Assembly (NCBI RefSeq): GCF_036321535.1
Contig: NC_087437.1
Span: 38,442,001 to 38,506,000 of the forward strand
DNA length: 64,000 nt
Reading direction: 5' to 3'
Source: Camelus dromedarius
Lineage: Eukaryota
Shown here piece after piece: positions 13,701 through 27,954 of the stretch. A program made the translations under genes and the position numbers. The number at the start of each line of letters is the position of its first letter. Positions within the stretch are counted from its first letter, which is position 1. The notes beneath the pieces were generated by a model. That model was not told the DNA's origin, searched no databases, and saw nothing but the letters and a program-made list of their open reading frames with translations.

Positions 13701-14959
13701 GTTGTAAAAACAAGTATGCTAATGTATATATGTTTGCTGGTGATAGAAAAAGACATCTTGAGAGAACAACTGCAGACAATAAAGAAACATTTTAAATTAT
13801 CATTTCAACTAATACATATTTTGATAGCCTCTAAAATAACACATAGTGTATTTTAGTGAAATACATCGTTTGTGTTCATTAACTCTGATGCATTTGGCTG
13901 AAACTCTCATTTAAAAAAAAAAGTCAGTAGGAGTAGGTGATGGCATGTTAAACTTTTCTAATAAATCTTATTGCAATGCAAATTTACATTCTACTGCTGT
14001 ATTTATAAGGGCTAATCTGGACAGATGTTTAACTGACTTTCCTTATTAAAATTCTCCATAAATTAACTGTCAAATTCAAATTGCTCTAAGCACAAAAGCC
14101 AACAAAGTCAAATTAAAGTAACTAACGGTAAAAAGATTACTACATCTTCAAGAGGGGAAAGATTAAAAATAATTAAATGAAGGGTGGCCTTGTATGTGAC
14201 AAATAAAATGAAATAATAACTTGAATTTGACCTCCCAAGTACTTCTTTTAAGAATATCTTCTTTACATGAAAAAATAGAGAAACTAATAATGTTTGACTT
14301 GGCATCTTGGTTTTTGTGTTGTTGTTACTGTTGTTTTTTTCTGAGACAAGTCAGTATTTTCCCTTTAAAGTGGACAGAGGATACAAGTCTTCCTCCTGTG
14401 TTTCCATATTGAGAAGGAGCTTTTCATTCCTCTCAAGAAGGAACAGCAGAACAAAACCATTCCAGCAACTCCCAGCCCCCTCACTTTTTCCCCAGGAGGG
14501 AGGAGTGATTTAGCTGAGTACTGCAACTGTGAGAGGAGGACAAACACAACTCTGCCCTTGGGAGTGCTCTCTTTGGGAACTGCCTGGCTGCACTACTTGG
14601 GACCTACTGGCGGCAGTCAGCTGTCCAACGCTGTCCATGACATGGTAGGTCTCTTGTTTAGAATACACATTAAGAGGCCCATTTAGCCACAAGTTCATTC
14701 CACCTTCTCCAGGTTAGATTTACCAGGAAAAAAAAAAAAATTTGGTTTCCCATCTAGCTCCAGAATGATTCCAAACTTGGACACTGAAAAATGATGTTAT
14801 TTTTCATTCCTCTATAATCTACATGTACATGATGCCAACAGATTAACAGCAATTCTATCAATTAAATCTCTCCTTCAAAATTCAAGTAACATATAAAGCA
14901 CCTCTGACACTTCACGGGAGTCTTCATTCTCTACCTCAGATTATTTTGTTTATGTGATC

Positions 14960-16410
14960 ACTTTATACCCATTACACTATGTAATGTGTTTTGCCTGTTT
15001 TTTGTTGGTTTGTTTGGTCAGGTTTTTTTAGTTGTTTTACAAGGGAGGGTAAATCTGGCCCATATTAATCTATCTTGGCCAGAAGTGGAAGTGTTCACTG
15101 TTTCTTCATTTAAAATGGGTAAAATAAAATATATTTGGGTCTTGTTTTCTCATCCACTATAACAATCTCTGTCTTTAATTGGTACATTTAAACCGTTAAC
15201 ATTCAAAGGGATTATTGGTGCAGCTGGATGAATATCGGTCATATTTGTTTCTGTTTTCATTTGTTGCTGTTTTCCCTCATTTCTATTTTTGTCTTCCACT
15301 CTTCTTCTGCCTTTTGTGGTTTAACAGTTTATATGATTCCATTTTCTCTCCTTTCTTAATATATTATACTCCCCCTTTTAACCTTTTTATGTGTTGCTAA
15401 TTCAAGTCCACTTTCAAATAGCGCCGTATCACTTGACAGGTAGCATGAGGACTTAAAATAACAATCCTAACTCCTCCCTCCCTCCCTTGTTTTACTGCTG
15501 TCATTCATAACTTATAATAAGTATATGTAAACATATATTTTTTCTGACATTCATAGCTTATATAATCAAATACACTGTTGGTATCATTATATTGAACAAA
15601 CTGTTAATTGTTAGGTGATTAAGGGTGAGAAAAATTAAAGTTTTTATTTTATCTTCACCTATTTCCTCTTTGATTCACTCACTTTATGTAGATTCAAGTT
15701 TATGACTCATACTATTTTCCTTCTCTCTAAAGAACTTTTAACATTTCTTGCAAGGCAGGTCTATTAGCAATAATCTCCCTCAATTCCTGTTTGTCTCAGG
15801 AAGTCCTTCTTTCTCCTTCATTTTTAAAGAAAAATATCTCAGTGTGCTGAACTCTAGGTTGTTTTATTTTTTTCTCTCAACACTTTAAATATTTCACTCC
15901 ACTCTTTTTGCCTACAAGGGCTGAGGAGAAGTCAGATGTAAGTCTTAAATTTATTCCTCTATAGTTAAAGTGTTTTTCTCTCTGGCTTCCTGAAGAAATT
16001 TTTCTTTATCTCTGATTTCCCTTAGTTTGAAAATGATATGCCTACATGTTTTTCCTTTGTTTGTTTGTTTGTTTGGCATTAATCCTGCTCGTGTTCTCTG
16101 AGCTTCCTGGATCTGTGGTTTGGTGCCTCATGTTAATTTGGCAGAAATTCTCAGCCACTATTGTTTGAAATATTTCTTCTGGTATTTTCTCTCTTTCTTC
16201 TCCTCCTAGCATTCCTATTATGTGGATGTTACAATTTGTGTGGTTATCACTTAGGATATTCTGTTCTGTTTCTTTTTTAAGTCTTGTTCTCGCTGCTTTT
16301 GGGTTTCAAAGATTCCATTAATATATCCTCTACCTCAGAGATCCTCTTCTCAGCCAAGTCCAGTCCACCAATAAGCCTATGAAAGGTATTCTTCATTTCT
16401 GTTACATTAG
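14960..16410 (-). mobile_element. Old L1 (L1M-type) ORF1/inter-ORF fragment
   Basis: The ORF at 16277..16477 contains MKNTFHRLIGGLDLAEKRISEVED, an L1 ORF1p coiled-coil remnant, and the plus strand is T-rich antisense L1. Confidence 0.8.
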
Positions 16411-16482
16411 GAGGGAACCAATGGAAGATGAGATAATCCCCTGGCTGCATGCCTCTGTGTACAAAACTCTCACCCAATCATT

Positions 16483-16845
16483 TGTATTAGTTTGCTAAGG
16501 CTGAATGGTTTAAATAACAGAAATGTGTTTCGTTACAGTTCTAGGAGCTTAAAGTCAAAGATCAAGGTGCCAGAACAGGTAGTTTCTCCTGAGGACTGTC
16601 TCCATCACTTACATTTTGTTGCCCTCTCATTGCCTCTTTTCATGGTGGTACCTCTGTATACACAACCCTGATGTTTCTTTTTATGTGGTAATCCAGTCAG
16701 ACTGAATTAGAGTCCCTCATTATGGCCTCATTTTAACATAATCACCTCCATAAAGGCCCTCTCTCCAAATACAGTCTCATTCTTAGGTGTTAAAAATTAG
16801 GGCTTCAACACATGAATTTTAGAGAAACATAATCAACCCATAATA
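16483..16845 (-). mobile_element. MaLR solo LTR (MLT1A/B-like)
   Basis: tgtattagtttgctaaggct...cagttctagg...agatcaaggtgcc...ctccaaatacagtc...gggcttcaacacatgaatttt...aacccataata; partial TSD tcatt/tcacc. Confidence 0.85.
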
Positions 16846-17514
16846 TCACCTAATGTTTTAAACCTTTTTTAGAAAAATCAGTGCTTTCCATGGTAACTGA
16901 TACCTCAAATTCTTAAGTTCAGTGCTCTGCAATGTAAATGAGCTTTAACATCTCCCTCTAGATGTTTCTCCATTGTGCTCATCATTTACCACTTACTCCT
17001 CCCACAGTTTACCAAAATTTGTTTTTCATTACTTTTCCCTCTCATTTTGTATTAGTCCTAGTGTGTTTTTATCACTTTATTATCATTTATCTAGAAGTTT
17101 GTGAGTGAGATGTGTTAAAAACATACTCAATCTGCGTATTTTTAGCAAAGCCAAAAAAATGTTGTTTGACCTGAACTGGGTGCTGTTAAATCACTAAAAC
17201 TAATGCAAATATTTTAACTTTTTCTTCTAAACTGGTCTCTTCTAGCATATTTTAAAAGGTCTTCATTCAGAGATTTTAATTAGAATTTGTCATCCTGAGC
17301 CATCATCCTGAACCTGGGCTTCCTAATAGCATAAGAAGTTGGGGCTGAGAGCTGCCAATGAGCTGAATGTGATGAGCACTAATTCTGCCAGTGCCGATGG
17401 GTATACGATGATTAAAGAAATATATTTTAGTCTCTCATGGAGAGAAGTCTGATTCCACTAACTAAAGTAGTAAGTAAGGCATTTGAAAATTTTTCATCTA
17501 AAAAAATACACTGT

Positions 17515-20480
17515 AGGAGTTCCACTTGCACTATCATAGTGTAAGTAGGTCTATGGATCTGCTCCAAAGTAAAACTGGTGAGGATGATAAAACAGACAGA
17601 AGAGCAAGGTTTAAATTCCCTGGAAGTGGACTGGAGGGCATAAGGCAAATTAAAACACTTGTTCAAGAAAATACACTAAAAGTCAGTAAGGCCCGTAAGA
17701 GTCTATTCTATCTTAACCAAGACCCAGGCCATCCTTCCTCCTCCAAGCTCAGTGAGGCAGAAACGCTACTCTAGACTGTACAGGGCTTCTTCTGCTCCCC
17801 ACTTCCCAGTCAGAGGCCTGTCTGCTCAGGAGGGAAAGGACATCAACATACTGCATCCTGCTCCGGGTACCTGTGGGTGAGAGGGTAGGTCCTGGGGAAT
17901 AAAACCAAGATGTGGGGGCTCTCTAGTTCTGTCCATACCCCATCTGTGTAACAGAAATCCTACCCAAGTTAGGCTGCAACTGAGAATATCGGGATCCTGA
18001 CCACCATTTGCTCTGGTTTATCATGTGGGAGTTTCATGACAAGACAGGCAAACTAAGGAGACCTAAGACTGCTTTCCCCCATGTGCTGGGCATTCAGGAT
18101 GTGAAGTAGCAGGTGTCACTTAGAGAGAAGGGTGTCGTTTTCTCCATCCCCAGCACCACTGCTGTGGTTCGGGGGTTTTTCCTGGGAGGAGAAGCAGCCA
18201 TAGAACAGAGAGCTGCAATGCCTCTTCAAAAACTGATTTAATTTGCCACAGACTCTGCAGAAGTTCAAGTTTAAGGAAGTGGCATTAAGAAGTAATTGGG
18301 GGAGATTTACAGATTCATTGGAGATACAGGCTAAACTGTGTGCCAGCCAATTTTTCAGAGGGTAATGGTGAAAGACATAGTTGAGAAGAGCATTTGTGAG
18401 AACAGAACACAACTCAAATACTGACCTCCAAAACTTTCCCTTGTAAGGAGCCTTATTTTGATTGCATTAGTCTGTGAAGCAAAGCATGCCCTGGTATACT
18501 GTTAAAATATTAAAGATGCTAGCAATCAGCTAGCAATTAGTATGATCAGAGAGTGACAGTTAAAGAAAGCTTTGTCAAAATCACTGTCATCCTACAGTGA
18601 CAATGGACATAACCAAGGATATATCCCTTAGGAGCTGCACAAAAAGCTTCACACTGGAGGGTGGGGGGAGTTGGAACAGACCTCACCAGAATAACCTAAT
18701 CAGTCACTAAGCAAGGAAATAAATAACAATAACAAGGCCCAGACCAGGGGGGAGGAAGACTACCTAGAATTGTCATAATATGTTATATAAAATGCCCAGT
18801 TTCCAACCAAAAAATTAAAAAAGAGGGAGATACAAAAAAATAGGAACGAATGACCCATGTACCAAAGAAAACAGTAGACAACAAAAGCCATCTGCTAGAG
18901 CCATCCAATATCTGATTTAAAGAAAGACTACATTAGTAAGTATAAATTTACTTACAGAACTAAAGGAAAGCATGTTTAAAGAGGTAAAGAAAGGTATAAT
19001 GACAATGTGGTATCAGATAAAGACTATCTGTAAAGATACAGAAATTACATTTCAAAAAGAATAAAATGGATATTACAGAGTTGGAAAGTATAATAACAGA
19101 AACTTAAAAAATTTACTTGAGTTGCTTAACAGTATATTTGAACTGACAGAAGAAATATTTAGTCAACTTGATAATAAGGTGATAAAGATTATATAATCTG
19201 AAGAACAGAGAAGAAAGAATAAAGAAAAATGCACAGAAATTTTAAAATGTTGGACACCATTCAGCACATCTACATGCGGGTATATCTTGTTTTACTGCAC
19301 TTCACTTTATTGAACTTTGCAGATATTGCATTTTTTTGCAAATTGAAGGTTTGTGGCAACCCTGCCTCAAGCAATTCTATCAGTGCCATTTTTTCAATAG
19401 CATGTGCTCAGTTTGCATTTCTGTGTAATATTTTGGTAATTCTTGAAATTTTTCAAGCCGTCCACCAGCAAAAATGTATGACTACTGAAGGCTCAGATGA
19501 TGGCTAGCAATTTTTAGCAGTAAAGTATTTTTAAGTATTTAATTAAGGTATGTATATTGTTCTTCGACATAATGCTATTGCAGACTTTAATAAGACTATA
19601 ATGTAGTATAACCGTAACTTTTATATGCATTAAGAAACCAAAAAAAAATTGTGTAAATCACTTTACTGCAATATTCACTTTATTGAAATGGTCTGGAAGT
19701 GAGCCTATAGTATCTCTGGGGTATGCCTGTATACATAATGGTAGTATCAGAGAGAAGAGAAAGAAAGAAGCAGAGGAATATTTGAAGAAATGACGGCTGA
19801 AAAGGTCTCAGTATTTTGAAAGATATTAAGCTACACATCCAGAAACTTCAACAAACTCCAAGTAGGATAAATGTAGATATCTACAAACAGAAACACTGCA
19901 GTAAAAATGTTGAAGGACAAAGTCAAAGAGAAAATCTTGACAGTAGTAAGAGAATAATGAATGCTCACATAAAAGCGGGCCCCTCTAAGATTACTAGATT
20001 ATTTCTCATCAGAAACAATGGAAGTCAAGACAAAGTGGGAAAACATATTCAAAGTGTTCAAAGGAAAAAAGCAAGCAAAAAAAAAATAAAATAAAACTTG
20101 TCAAATAGAATTCTATATTCATAAAAGCCATCTGCTGTCTTTCAAAAATGAAGGAAAAATAAAGACATTCCCACATTGGCAAAAACTGACATAATGTGTT
20201 GCTATCAGATCTGCTTTATAAACAATACTGAAGAATGCTCTTCAGGCTGAAAGCAAGTGACCTCCCACAATAATATGAATTCACACGAAAAAAACAAAGA
20301 ACAATAGTAAAGGCAATTATATAACTATAAGAGACAGTATAAAGGAATTTTTATTCTTTCTTTTGTAATAGTTTTAAGAATTAATTGCATAAAACTGTAT
20401 GTATACACTATATTGTTGGGGCTACAGCATATAGAAATGTAATACGTTTGCCAAATGTAATATGGATGGGAGACACAGTA
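17515..20480 (+). mobile_element. Old L1 5' region and decayed ORF1, interrupted by a Tigger1 derivative
   Basis: The ORF at 19816..20094 (KDIKLHIQKLQQTPSRIN) is L1 ORF1p-like, and A-rich ORF1 sequence runs ~18780-20260. Confidence 0.75.
19277..19729 (+). mobile_element. Internally deleted Tigger1 (Tigger1a-type MITE)
   Basis: Tigger1 5' end (caaattgaaggtttgtggcaaccctg) is joined directly to the 3' end (ccaccagcaaaa...gaaggctcagatgat...ggtatgcctg), followed by TA. Confidence 0.9.
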
Positions 20481-20689
20481 TATTGAATCATATTATGCTC
20501 TGTGGGGAAAAGATAAAAGGTTTGCTTCTAGGAATCAGTTTATGTACCCTGGACTTCCTGGGGAATTATAAACACATTTTTAAAGAATAGGTTATGGACT
20601 AGGAACATGTGTTTAGAACATATAAGTTAGAAAACAGTTTTGTGTCATTTGTACCATTTATTTATATTGGAGCTGTTTCAGGCTTTAGA

Positions 20690-21995
20690 GTTCCTTTAAC
20701 CAATGCAGAAATTATTTGATGGCCAGGGTACTGTTGTAATTGATACACTTTGCTAAGCATCTTAGAAATTATCTGTGAGGAAACTGATGTCAGCAGTTAG
20801 AAAATGAAAAACTCATTTTATGAAGAGACAACACAGTTGGCAAAATCATTATGGTCAATAACTTGGAAGGCAGTCCATGTCCCTAACAAGACTCAGCTCT
20901 GTGGGAAGTGTTTGGAAAGAAATGGAATGATAGTATTTGTTGGTATTTATTTTCTGCTTTTACCAGAGTACTAAACAAGAGAGATGGGCTCCAGCACAGG
21001 GAAGAGTTGACAGCTTTCAGGCAGAAATGTAAGAGAATAAATAAAGTCCAGAAATGTGTGGCCTTGCCAGTTTGAAAACCCAGCTGCTTCTGGCTTCAAA
21101 ATCTAGTGAGACAAAAGTTGTTTGAGTGATAAATGTCCATTAAGTTTCCCATTAAACAAGGTCACTCAGCCTTGTGAAAAGTACAAACTGAGGGTCTTTT
21201 GTTCCCACCCAAGCCTGTAATTTCAAATAACCGTGTGTTGAAAGAGAACGAATGGATCTAAAAAAATTGAGAAAGCCAACTTAAGATCTATGTCTAGGGG
21301 AAAAAAAACTTACTGGAATATAGTCATTTCTAGAAGCAAACAGACTAGAAGCTTGCTATTTTTTTTTTTTTTTTTGAGGCCATTGAGTTACCAAGAACAG
21401 CAAGAGCTTAGTGTAATAGTTGCTTTGTCTATTAAGTACTAAACCACTCCTTTGCCCTCAAACTTTCAATAGAAGGATAAAAGCAGTGGAGGCTGTGCAG
21501 ACCTTAATGAGAACGTATTTCCAAATAACCACTTGACATGATGCCATAAAGGATGATGAGGGAAGGAGGACTTAACTAAGGTGGGTACACACGCTCGCAC
21601 GTTCACACACACACACACACTCACATGCAAGCCATTGAAGAGACTAGACAATGCTACTCCTTCCAAAGACCAGAATCTGAGTCTAGTTAAGAAACTTCTC
21701 CCACACACAGGGAAGGAAGATTTTACAAAGACTATTTGGCAGGATTTCACTATTGTTAAAAACCAGCAACTGCTGTGTGTGATTTCCTATCTCCACTCTT
21801 ATAAAAGGGAGAGTGCACAGGGGTCATTTTCTCCTTGTTCACCATTACGTACTGAATGAGTAGGACAAATACCTTTCCTTTTTAGTTCATAGCTTAAAAA
21901 CTCATGTATAACCATAGAAACGGTGATCTACTGGAGAGTACTGCACAGTTGCTGGGTATTTGGGACTTTGAGTTGAATATAATAACTGGATTATG
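20690..21995 (+). mobile_element. MaLR internal sequence (MLT1-int-like)
   Basis: 'acagttggcaaaatcatt...aacttggaaggcag...gagagatgggctcc...gcaggatttcactattgtt...ggactttgagttgaat' resembles MLT-int; no intact ORF. Confidence 0.6.
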
Positions 21996-22089
21996 TAATA
22001 ATCACAAAGATCTAACGTACAGTACATTTCTCCTGCTTTTCGGCATATACTTCTCTACAAATTTGGAAGCTGGTATTGACAGGAACCAG

Positions 22090-22622
22090 CTAATCATTTC
22101 ATTCATGTTTCCCCAGTTGTCTTTTGCTCTTCAGTTTAACTGATTTTTGCCTGAAGTTTTATTATTTCCTTCCTCCTGCTTAGATTGACTTAAATATTCT
22201 CTGTTTTCTATAGATTCTCAGGTGGAAATTTAGTTTACTAATTTGAGGTGTTTTCCTTTTCTAATATAAATATTACATGATGGAAATTTCCATCTAAGCA
22301 CTACTTAATTCTATCCACTAATCTTGACAGTTTGTTTTTATTTTTAATTGTCTGAAATATTTCATAATTTTCCTTAAGGCTCTTTTGACCCTGGAACTAT
22401 AGAAGTGCATGATTTAGTTTTGAAATATTTAGGAATTTTCCAGATATCATTCTTATTGACTTCTCGTTTCTTTTATGGTCTGAGAACCAACTTTATGTGT
22501 TGCCTACTTTTATTAACTGTTAAATTTTGTTTTATGGCTCAGAATATGGTCTATATTGATAATATTCCATGTGCAATTGAGAAGAATACATATTCTGTTT
22601 TTGTTGCATAGAGTGTTTTATA
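22090..22622 (-). mobile_element. Old L1 ORF2 fragment
   Basis: 'ttttatggctcagaatatggtctat...aatattccatgtgcaattgagaagaat' is antisense L1 ORF2. Confidence 0.75.
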
Positions 22623-22631
22623 AAAAAAAAA

Positions 22632-23568
22632 AGTACACACCTTAATTAAAAAATATTTTATTACAAAAGAAATCTAGCCATCTGAGCCTTCACATACTCT
22701 CAGTAGTAACATTAAAGATCTCTGATCACAACTCTGATGTGAAAAGATACATGCAACCCAATGTTTATAGCAGCACTATATACAATAGCCAAGACATGGA
22801 AGCAACCTAAATGTCCATCAACAGATGACTGGAAAAAGAAGCTGTGGTATATTTATACAATGGAATACTACTCTGCCATAAAAAGAATAAAATAATGCCA
22901 TTTGCAGCAACATGGACGGAACTAGAGATTGTCATTCTAAGTGAAGTAAGCCATAAACAGAAAGAAAAATATCATATGATATCACTCATATGTGGAATCT
23001 AAAAAAAAAAAAAAAAGGACACTATGAACTCGTCTATAAAACAGAAACAGACTCATAGACTTAATAAACAAACTTATGGTTACTTGGGAAAGAAAGTCGG
23101 AAGGGATAAATTTGGGAGTTTGAGATTTTTAAGTGTTAGCCACTATATATAAAAATAGATTTTAAAAGAGTTTCTTCTGTGTAGCACAGGGAACTATGTT
23201 CAATATCTTGTAATAACCTTTAATGAAAAAATATGAAAATAAAAAAATATATATATATATATATATGTATATGCATGACTGGAACATTGTGCTGTACACC
23301 AGAAATAGACACATTATGATTGACTGTACTTCAATAAAAAAAACATCCCTGATCACAGATCACTGTAACAAATATAATAATAATGAAAGAGTTTGAAATA
23401 TTGTGAGAATTACTAAAATGTGATACAGAAACACAGAGTAAATGTTGTTAGAAAAATGGCATCTATAGACTTGCTCAATGTAGGACTGGCACAGACCTTC
23501 AATTTGTAAAAAATTGCAATATTTGTGAAGCACAATAAAGCAAAGTATAATAAAATGAGGCATGCCTA
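22632..23568 (-). mobile_element. Tigger1 deletion derivative split by a younger L1
   Basis: Tigger1 sequence at 22632-22730 resumes at 23341-23568 (gatcactgtaaca...accttcaatttgtaaaaaa...aaaatgaggcatgcct). Confidence 0.85.
22731..23340 (+). mobile_element. 5'-truncated lineage-specific L1 (end of ORF2 plus 3' UTR)
   Basis: Contains aatagccaagacatggaagcaacctaaatgtcc...gctgtacaccagaaa...acttcaataaaaa; 17-bp TSD (15/17) at 22714-22730 and 23341-23357. Confidence 0.92.
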
Positions 23569-24583
23569 TGTTGAAAATAGGTTTCTTACATTAAGTTAAC
23601 TTTCTCCTTCAGTGTACTAATTAACTAATCTAAAGGTTAAGTCTTAAATAATTACGGGAATCCTCTCTGAAAATGTAATCTCCAGTAATAATTGTCATTT
23701 TCTAATATCCACATAATTGTCCTTTATTTACAATCACAGATTAAGAAATTAAGATACTCAACTATACTTCTAAATTTCAAAAGCTCTCTGCATCTGGTGA
23801 GATATTTGAACTCCAACCTCTAAATATTTAGATTTTTAATGATTTGAAACCTTTTAGTCATTTGCATCTTTCCAAATTCATTCAAGAACCTTATCACATT
23901 ACATTACACAGACATTCCTGTATTACTATAAACCCTTTTGACAGTCAGTGCATGTTTCAAATGTGTAGGCTGAAACAAAACTAGCATTCATGTTTTCAAA
24001 TTTTGGAGCTTTTCAATCACGCTACAGATCTCAAAATTCTTAAGCAAAATTGGAAGACTGTTTTAAAAACTGAAATTGGAATGTCACATATTTTATTTCC
24101 TTCAACAATTCTTTTGTTAGTTTCATTTACTAGCGAGAGCAAAGTCATCTCTGTTAGGATAAGCATTTGAATTGCCAATGTCTGAATGATTATACTGGAC
24201 ATAAGTAATTTACATGTCAAAAAGCTATTCTACTAAATACCATTACATACCTATTACACATACTATTGAGAATGCGGTTAAGCCTTTCTAATGCATAGAT
24301 CATTATTCAGCGCCAGTCATACATGAGACAAATGATAGCTCTTTATATCTTGATGGTTGGAAGATTATAATTTCTTAACTTATCTCCCTTTATCCAGTGA
24401 GGAATGTTTAGATATTACTTATAAGATAATGACATGGATACAAACTCTATATAAAATCAGATACTGAATAAAACTGCAGATAGTTATTTCATAGACCGAG
24501 TCTAGATTTCTTACTGCTTCTCATCATACAGTAGAAACCTTATTTTATTTCATGTGAATAAAATTATAAGGAGTTGTGAATAC

Positions 24584-25101
24584 TGTCAAAGAAAAACTGC
24601 ATGGGATGGAGTTAAAGGAAGACTTCATTCAAGACTATTGCAATAGGGAGTGAGACTGTTGTAATAGGGAAAAGAGACTGACCTCAAATCCACTGAAACA
24701 AAAGATAGTATATCTTTTACACCCTGGGGTAAGCTAATGAAAAAGAAAAAGTAATGAAGAACATTAGAGAGGAGGTTGGTCAGCATGATTTGCTATATGG
24801 CACTTATTGAAGCTAGGCCCCTGCCCTCACACAAAGACTGGGAGACAGGCATCCTTTCTTTCTTGATGGTTACATTTCAGTGGAATAGCTCCCAAGTCCT
24901 TGAGAAAGATATTGATGGGTTGTTAAATTGGCAACAGACTGGGAGATTTATCTACATTTCAAAGTAGCAGAGAAATAATTTACAGTTATACATTTTCTAA
25001 AGTAAATGCTCTAAGAAAAGGATGGTCAGAGATCTAGAGTTAGGAAGAAACTCGTCCAAAGTTTAGTCAAAATCAGGAGGAGGTTAAGGTCAGTTTGGTC
25101 A
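24584..25101 (-). mobile_element. ERV1 solo LTR (MER67-like)
   Basis: TG...CA ends; reverse complement begins TGACCAAACTGACCTTAAC...TTGACTAAACTTTGGAC...CTTTTCTTAGAGCATTTACTTTAGAAAA, as in recalled MER67. Confidence 0.75.
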
Positions 25102-27355
25102 CTATCACATGAATTCTTTTAGTTTATTATAAATAGTTTATGTACCTGAATACAAGGACATATGCTAAGATGCTAAGTGTTTAATGATATGTAACATTTG
25201 AGAAAAGAAATTAGGACATATAAAAAGTGAAAAAATAATTTATGATTTGGAATATGTAAGAGATGTTCTGTATTCTGCTCTTTTGTCATAGAGAATCACT
25301 ATATACTGAACAGTGTTACATTAATTATTTTGGTGGTTTTGTTTGATACTGCAAGGAGGAAGCAGAGAAGGCATAGACTGAGTGGAACAGAATGTACCTG
25401 CAGAAGACTAAGGTCAATTGTCACATACAATTCTGATTTGGTAAGTTAAGTTCATTTATTATGTTCTTTCTTGAATCTGTAGAGCATGTGGGGTCATCAA
25501 AACCCCACTGAAATTCTATTAATCTGCAGGTAATGAACAATTGGAATGTAAAACATACATACATAGAAGACTTTGAATAGTATTTTAAAAAACAGTCTTG
25601 GCATCTTGAAGAGCAAATAGCTGGGGAATCCAGGCAAGACAAAAGAGAATGACATCATCATGGTGATATTATAAAATTTTGTAGGTGAATCCTTCCTAAA
25701 CTTGAAGACAGCACTGATCTTCAGCTTTTTATAATCCACATAGGATAATTTATCCCAGGCTACCATTTTAGAAGTGAATACACAATTGAAGTTGCTTTTG
25801 TAAAATTAGCTTAAAACAAGGTGACTTTCACTGTAAGGTTGAAAAGTGCATGTCCAGGACAGGGTAGGACTGGGGAAGAAATGGTCAGAATTTGAAAAGG
25901 TATGCCACAGTCATAACTGGGGGAAAAATAAGGCCATCCTTCTCTTAAGAAATTAGTTCTTACTGAAATGAAAGTAGATAGAATATAGACTAATATCAGT
26001 ATTCAATGAATCCTAGGAAAAGGCCAATTCCTTGTGTTATATCAAACTGTTCCCTGTTTAGGATCAAGAAGGTAAAGCAGAACAGGAATTGATGAGACCT
26101 AAAAGATATGTTGTTGGGAATACCTGAAATGGAAGAATAGGGTGTTTTTTTTTTTAATAGGTCAGAAGTTTCCATAGACAGGATATTTCAAGCCAAAATA
26201 CAGACATTGCCAACTCATGTGGTAGTGTACATGCCCGACCTTTGTCATCAGGAAGAAGATTCAGATAGCTAGATAACTTCGTGTGTTTCCTCTTTTCTGC
26301 CTTGAGAAAGGGGTATGTTGTAAAACCAGTATATCCTGGTCTCCACCATGCCTTCTGTCAGCTGTGTATCCACCAATGGTAAACAACTGGTCACTATAGT
26401 CATTGGGTGGATGCATGGGTAATAGGTAGGGGGAAGAGTTTATCATTAAATAGGTGAGATTTGAAGAAATTCGCCAGCTTAGAGTCCCTTAAAATAATAG
26501 GCTTTTTATGTACTTATAGCACTGTTACTACAGGGAAAAAAAATCATAGTATGGCTCTGTCGATCTTCTCTTTCCAAACCTTTCTGATTACATCTAGTAT
26601 GAAACAGAGGCACAGAAGTTCACCTAGTTCAGTGGTGCTTAGACACAAAGCACCTACTACTCTACATTCATGTCTGTTCTGTGTACTGTATATATAAGCA
26701 TCTGCTCATGGTTCTCATCCATAGCAAATTATTTTCAGTGGAGATGGACTGAAGAATGTCTGACTCTCAGAGAATGACAAAATTTAGGACCATAGACTAT
26801 CAGGAAACAACTATCTGAATTCTCCTTATGTCCCATCTGACAAGCAGGGTAGCTCTGAAAGAAAGGGGTTTCTTTAGTGACACCATGTACATATACAAAA
26901 TCAAGGTGCTGTGGTGCTATTTGGGAAATCAAAGACTCAAGAACTTAAGACAAAAGTCTCAGTATATCATCAAATCAAATGGGGCACTAAAGAGAAGATA
27001 TAGATTAGAATCAAGACTCAAGACCAGAAAAATAAAAAGACCGGATAAAAAGAAGCATATGAGAGTCCATACTGAGGTTGCTGAGGGTCAGGGTTCTTTG
27101 CATTTAATAGAAAATTCTGGGTGGGGTGGACTGTTTCAACTTAAATAGAAAACTAGTGCTTATATTATATCTCCATAAATTAATGACCAGTTGAAGCCCA
27201 GAAGCATATAATTTATATCTTCTGTATAACTCAAATCCTTTCAAAAATCCTTCATACAGCATTTACTGTGTATAAGACTCTTTTGCAGACAGTGAACACA
27301 CAACAATGCCTAAGACATAATCTACTCTTGAGGATGTCAGTATTTAGCACTGGAG

Positions 27356-27954
27356 ATTCATTAGTTTCCTACTGCTGCATAACAAGTCACCAAATATTAG
27401 CAGCTTAAAAACATATTTATTATCACACTGTTTTTGTGGTTCAGTGTCTGGCTCAGGATCTGGACACAGTTTAGAAGAATCCCCTTCTCAGGGTCTCGGA
27501 AAGTAGAGATCAAAGTGTCAGCCAGTTTGTGTTTTTATCTTTAGGTTTAACTGGAGAAAAATCTGCTATCAAGATCATTCAGGTGGTTAGATTTATTTCC
27601 TTGATGTTATTGCACAGAGGGCTCTGACTTACTGCTCCATTTTAGCTGCTAGAAGCTGCTCTCAGTATTCAGAGGACACTCTCGGCTTCTAGAGGTCTCC
27701 CACATTTTCTTGCCACATGATGCATTCTTAAAATGGCCACTTATTTCACTAAGCCAGCAAGGAAAATCGCTAGAGTAAGCTTGCAATAACAAGACAATAT
27801 AATGAGAATGACATCCCATCACCTTTGCCATATTCTATTGATTAGAAGCAATTCATGGTTCTGCCCACATCCAAAGGAGAGGGTTACATACACATAATCA
27901 TGAACAGCAGGCGTTGGGGATCACTGGAGGTCACCTTAGAGTTTGCCTTTCACA
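27356..27954 (-). mobile_element. MaLR solo LTR (MLT1E-like), embedded in L2 sequence
   Basis: attagtttcctactgctgcataacaa...catcacctttgccatattctattgattagaagc...ggatcactggaggtcaccttagag...caca. Confidence 0.85.

Noticed and set aside
14598..14620. CTCF site (gacctactggcggcagtc)
   Set aside because: Several mismatches at core positions in both orientations, so it is not supportable from sequence alone.
25483..25529. 47-bp plus-strand exon-like segment (ctgtag|...CTGCAG|GTAATG)
   Set aside because: Isolated splice motifs with no recognisable coding similarity or partner exons; expected by chance in 64 kb.
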